Shown here piece by piece: positions 63,181 to 64,000 of a stretch of 64,000 bases of DNA. The notes under the pieces were generated by a model that saw nothing but the letters and a program-made list of their open reading frames with translations, was not told the DNA's origin and did not search any database. Origin of the DNA: Patescibacteria group bacterium (lineage in GTDB: Bacteria > Patescibacteriota > Microgenomatia > UM-FILTER-40-11); NCBI GenBank assembly GCA_035530075.1, contig DATKVM010000005.1, forward strand, positions 231,006-295,005, in the 5' to 3' direction. The translations under genes were made by a program, and so were the position numbers. Each line of letters begins with the position of its first letter. Positions within the stretch are counted from its first letter, which is position 1.

Positions 63181-64000
63181 ATGAAAGTGGTTGTTACTTC
63201 AAGAATTCCCCGGGTCGGCATCGATGTTTTGGAAGATGCTGGTCTGGAAGTAGTTGGTAACCCCACCGAAAGACTTTTGAGCCTCTCGGAGTTAAAAGAT
63301 TTTGTCAGGGGAGCGGAAGGTATTTTATGTCTTCTCTTGGACAAGATTAACGCCGACGTAATTCAAGCGGCGGGTGAAAACTTAAAAATTATCGCTAATT
63401 ATGGGGTGGGCTATGACAATATTGACGTTGAAGCGGCTCAAAAAAGAGGGATTTTGGTTACAAATACCCCCAGTGAACTTTCTGGTCAGGCCGTGGCGGA
63501 ATACACGATCGCTCTCATCTTTGCCCTCCTTAAACGAATAGTGGAAGGGGATGAATTTGCTCGGCGAGGTAATTTTGGCGGTTGGAAGCCGGAAATTTTC
63601 TTGGGAGAGAATTTAGAAAATAAAACTTTGGGCTTAGTTGGTTTAGGCCAGATTGGTTCCAAAGTGGCCGCTCTGGCCAAGGGTTTAGGGCTGCGAGTAG
63701 TTTACAACAAGAGAAGCCGGGACTTGGAGGCAGAAAAGGCGATGGGAATAGAATATTTGAGCTTGGAAAATCTCCTGCGCGAGTCGGATATTGTTTCTTT
63801 GCATGTGCCATTGAGTAAGGAAACCGAGCACCTTATAAATAGCGAGACTTTGGAGAAAATGAAGGCCAAAACTTATTTAATTAATACCTCTCGAGGTAAA
63901 GTCGTTGACGAAGGTGCTTTAGTTGAAGCTCTTAAAAGCGGTAAGCTGGCGGGGGCGGCTTTGGATGTTTATGAATACGAACCGCAAATTAACCCCGAGC
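63181..64000 (+). CDS. D-isomer-specific 2-hydroxyacid dehydrogenase (PGDH/glycerate dehydrogenase-like), 3' partial
   Basis: NAD-binding 'GLVGLGQIGSKVA' and 'HVPL'. Runs off the window end. Confidence 0.75.
   Translation, partial: MKVVVTSRIPRVGIDVLEDAGLEVVGNPTERLLSLSELKDFVRGAEGILCLLLDKINADVIQAAGENLKIIANYGVGYDNIDVEAAQKRGILVTNTPSELSGQAVAEYTIALIFALLKRIVEGDEFARRGNFGGWKPEIFLGENLENKTLGLVGLGQIGSKVAALAKGLGLRVVYNKRSRDLEAEKAMGIEYLSLENLLRESDIVSLHVPLSKETEHLINSETLEKMKAKTYLINTSRGKVVDEGALVEALKSGKLAGAALDVYEYEPQINPE

Overview
This window reads as a compact bacterial chromosome segment with features typical of small-genome Candidate Phyla Radiation (Patescibacteria) lineages. These include a split transketolase, an archaeal-type short triose-phosphate isomerase, a free-standing LAGLIDADG endonuclease, an intein, and many small membrane proteins. 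The lineage call is an inference from gene content, not a database hit.

Window layout:
- 0-14.9 kb, housekeeping: a SpoIID-like gene, ssrA (tmRNA) with smpB, comF, a dense tRNA array holding all four tRNA-Ser isoacceptors and two tRNA-Arg, dnaG-rpoD, and an arsM-like methyltransferase.
- 14.9-31.9 kb, accessory island: single-gene cassettes on either strand, separated by at least 12 same-orientation copies of a ~60-150 bp G-rich repeat. The right end carries an excisionase-like gene, an internally deleted serine recombinase and tRNA-Asn(GUU); a partial duplicate of the tRNA-Asn 3' half sits at 26.5 kb.
- Inside the island, a repeat-bounded module holds lexA, divergent from a six-gene operon. 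The operon encodes a TM-anchored alpha/beta protein, a 473-aa cGAS/DncV-like (CD-NTase/SMODS-type) nucleotidyltransferase, two small unknown proteins, a type IB topoisomerase and a small Gly/Phe-rich membrane protein. I consider this the best candidate for an undescribed, possibly SOS-linked signalling or defence system.
- 32-64 kb, mostly core functions: a GT9 glycosyltransferase, a Rad52-like annealing protein, a thioredoxin-NHL protein, a GH5 cellulase, a two-component system, dinB, arsR with a cysteine desulfurase and an IscU split by a ~358-aa LAGLIDADG intein, korAB, a ZIP transporter, capA, ligT, and a glycolysis/pentose-phosphate cluster (tpiA, rpiB, pgk, gap, rpe, split tkt).

All protein calls rest on motifs I can read in the translations. 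No database search was run.
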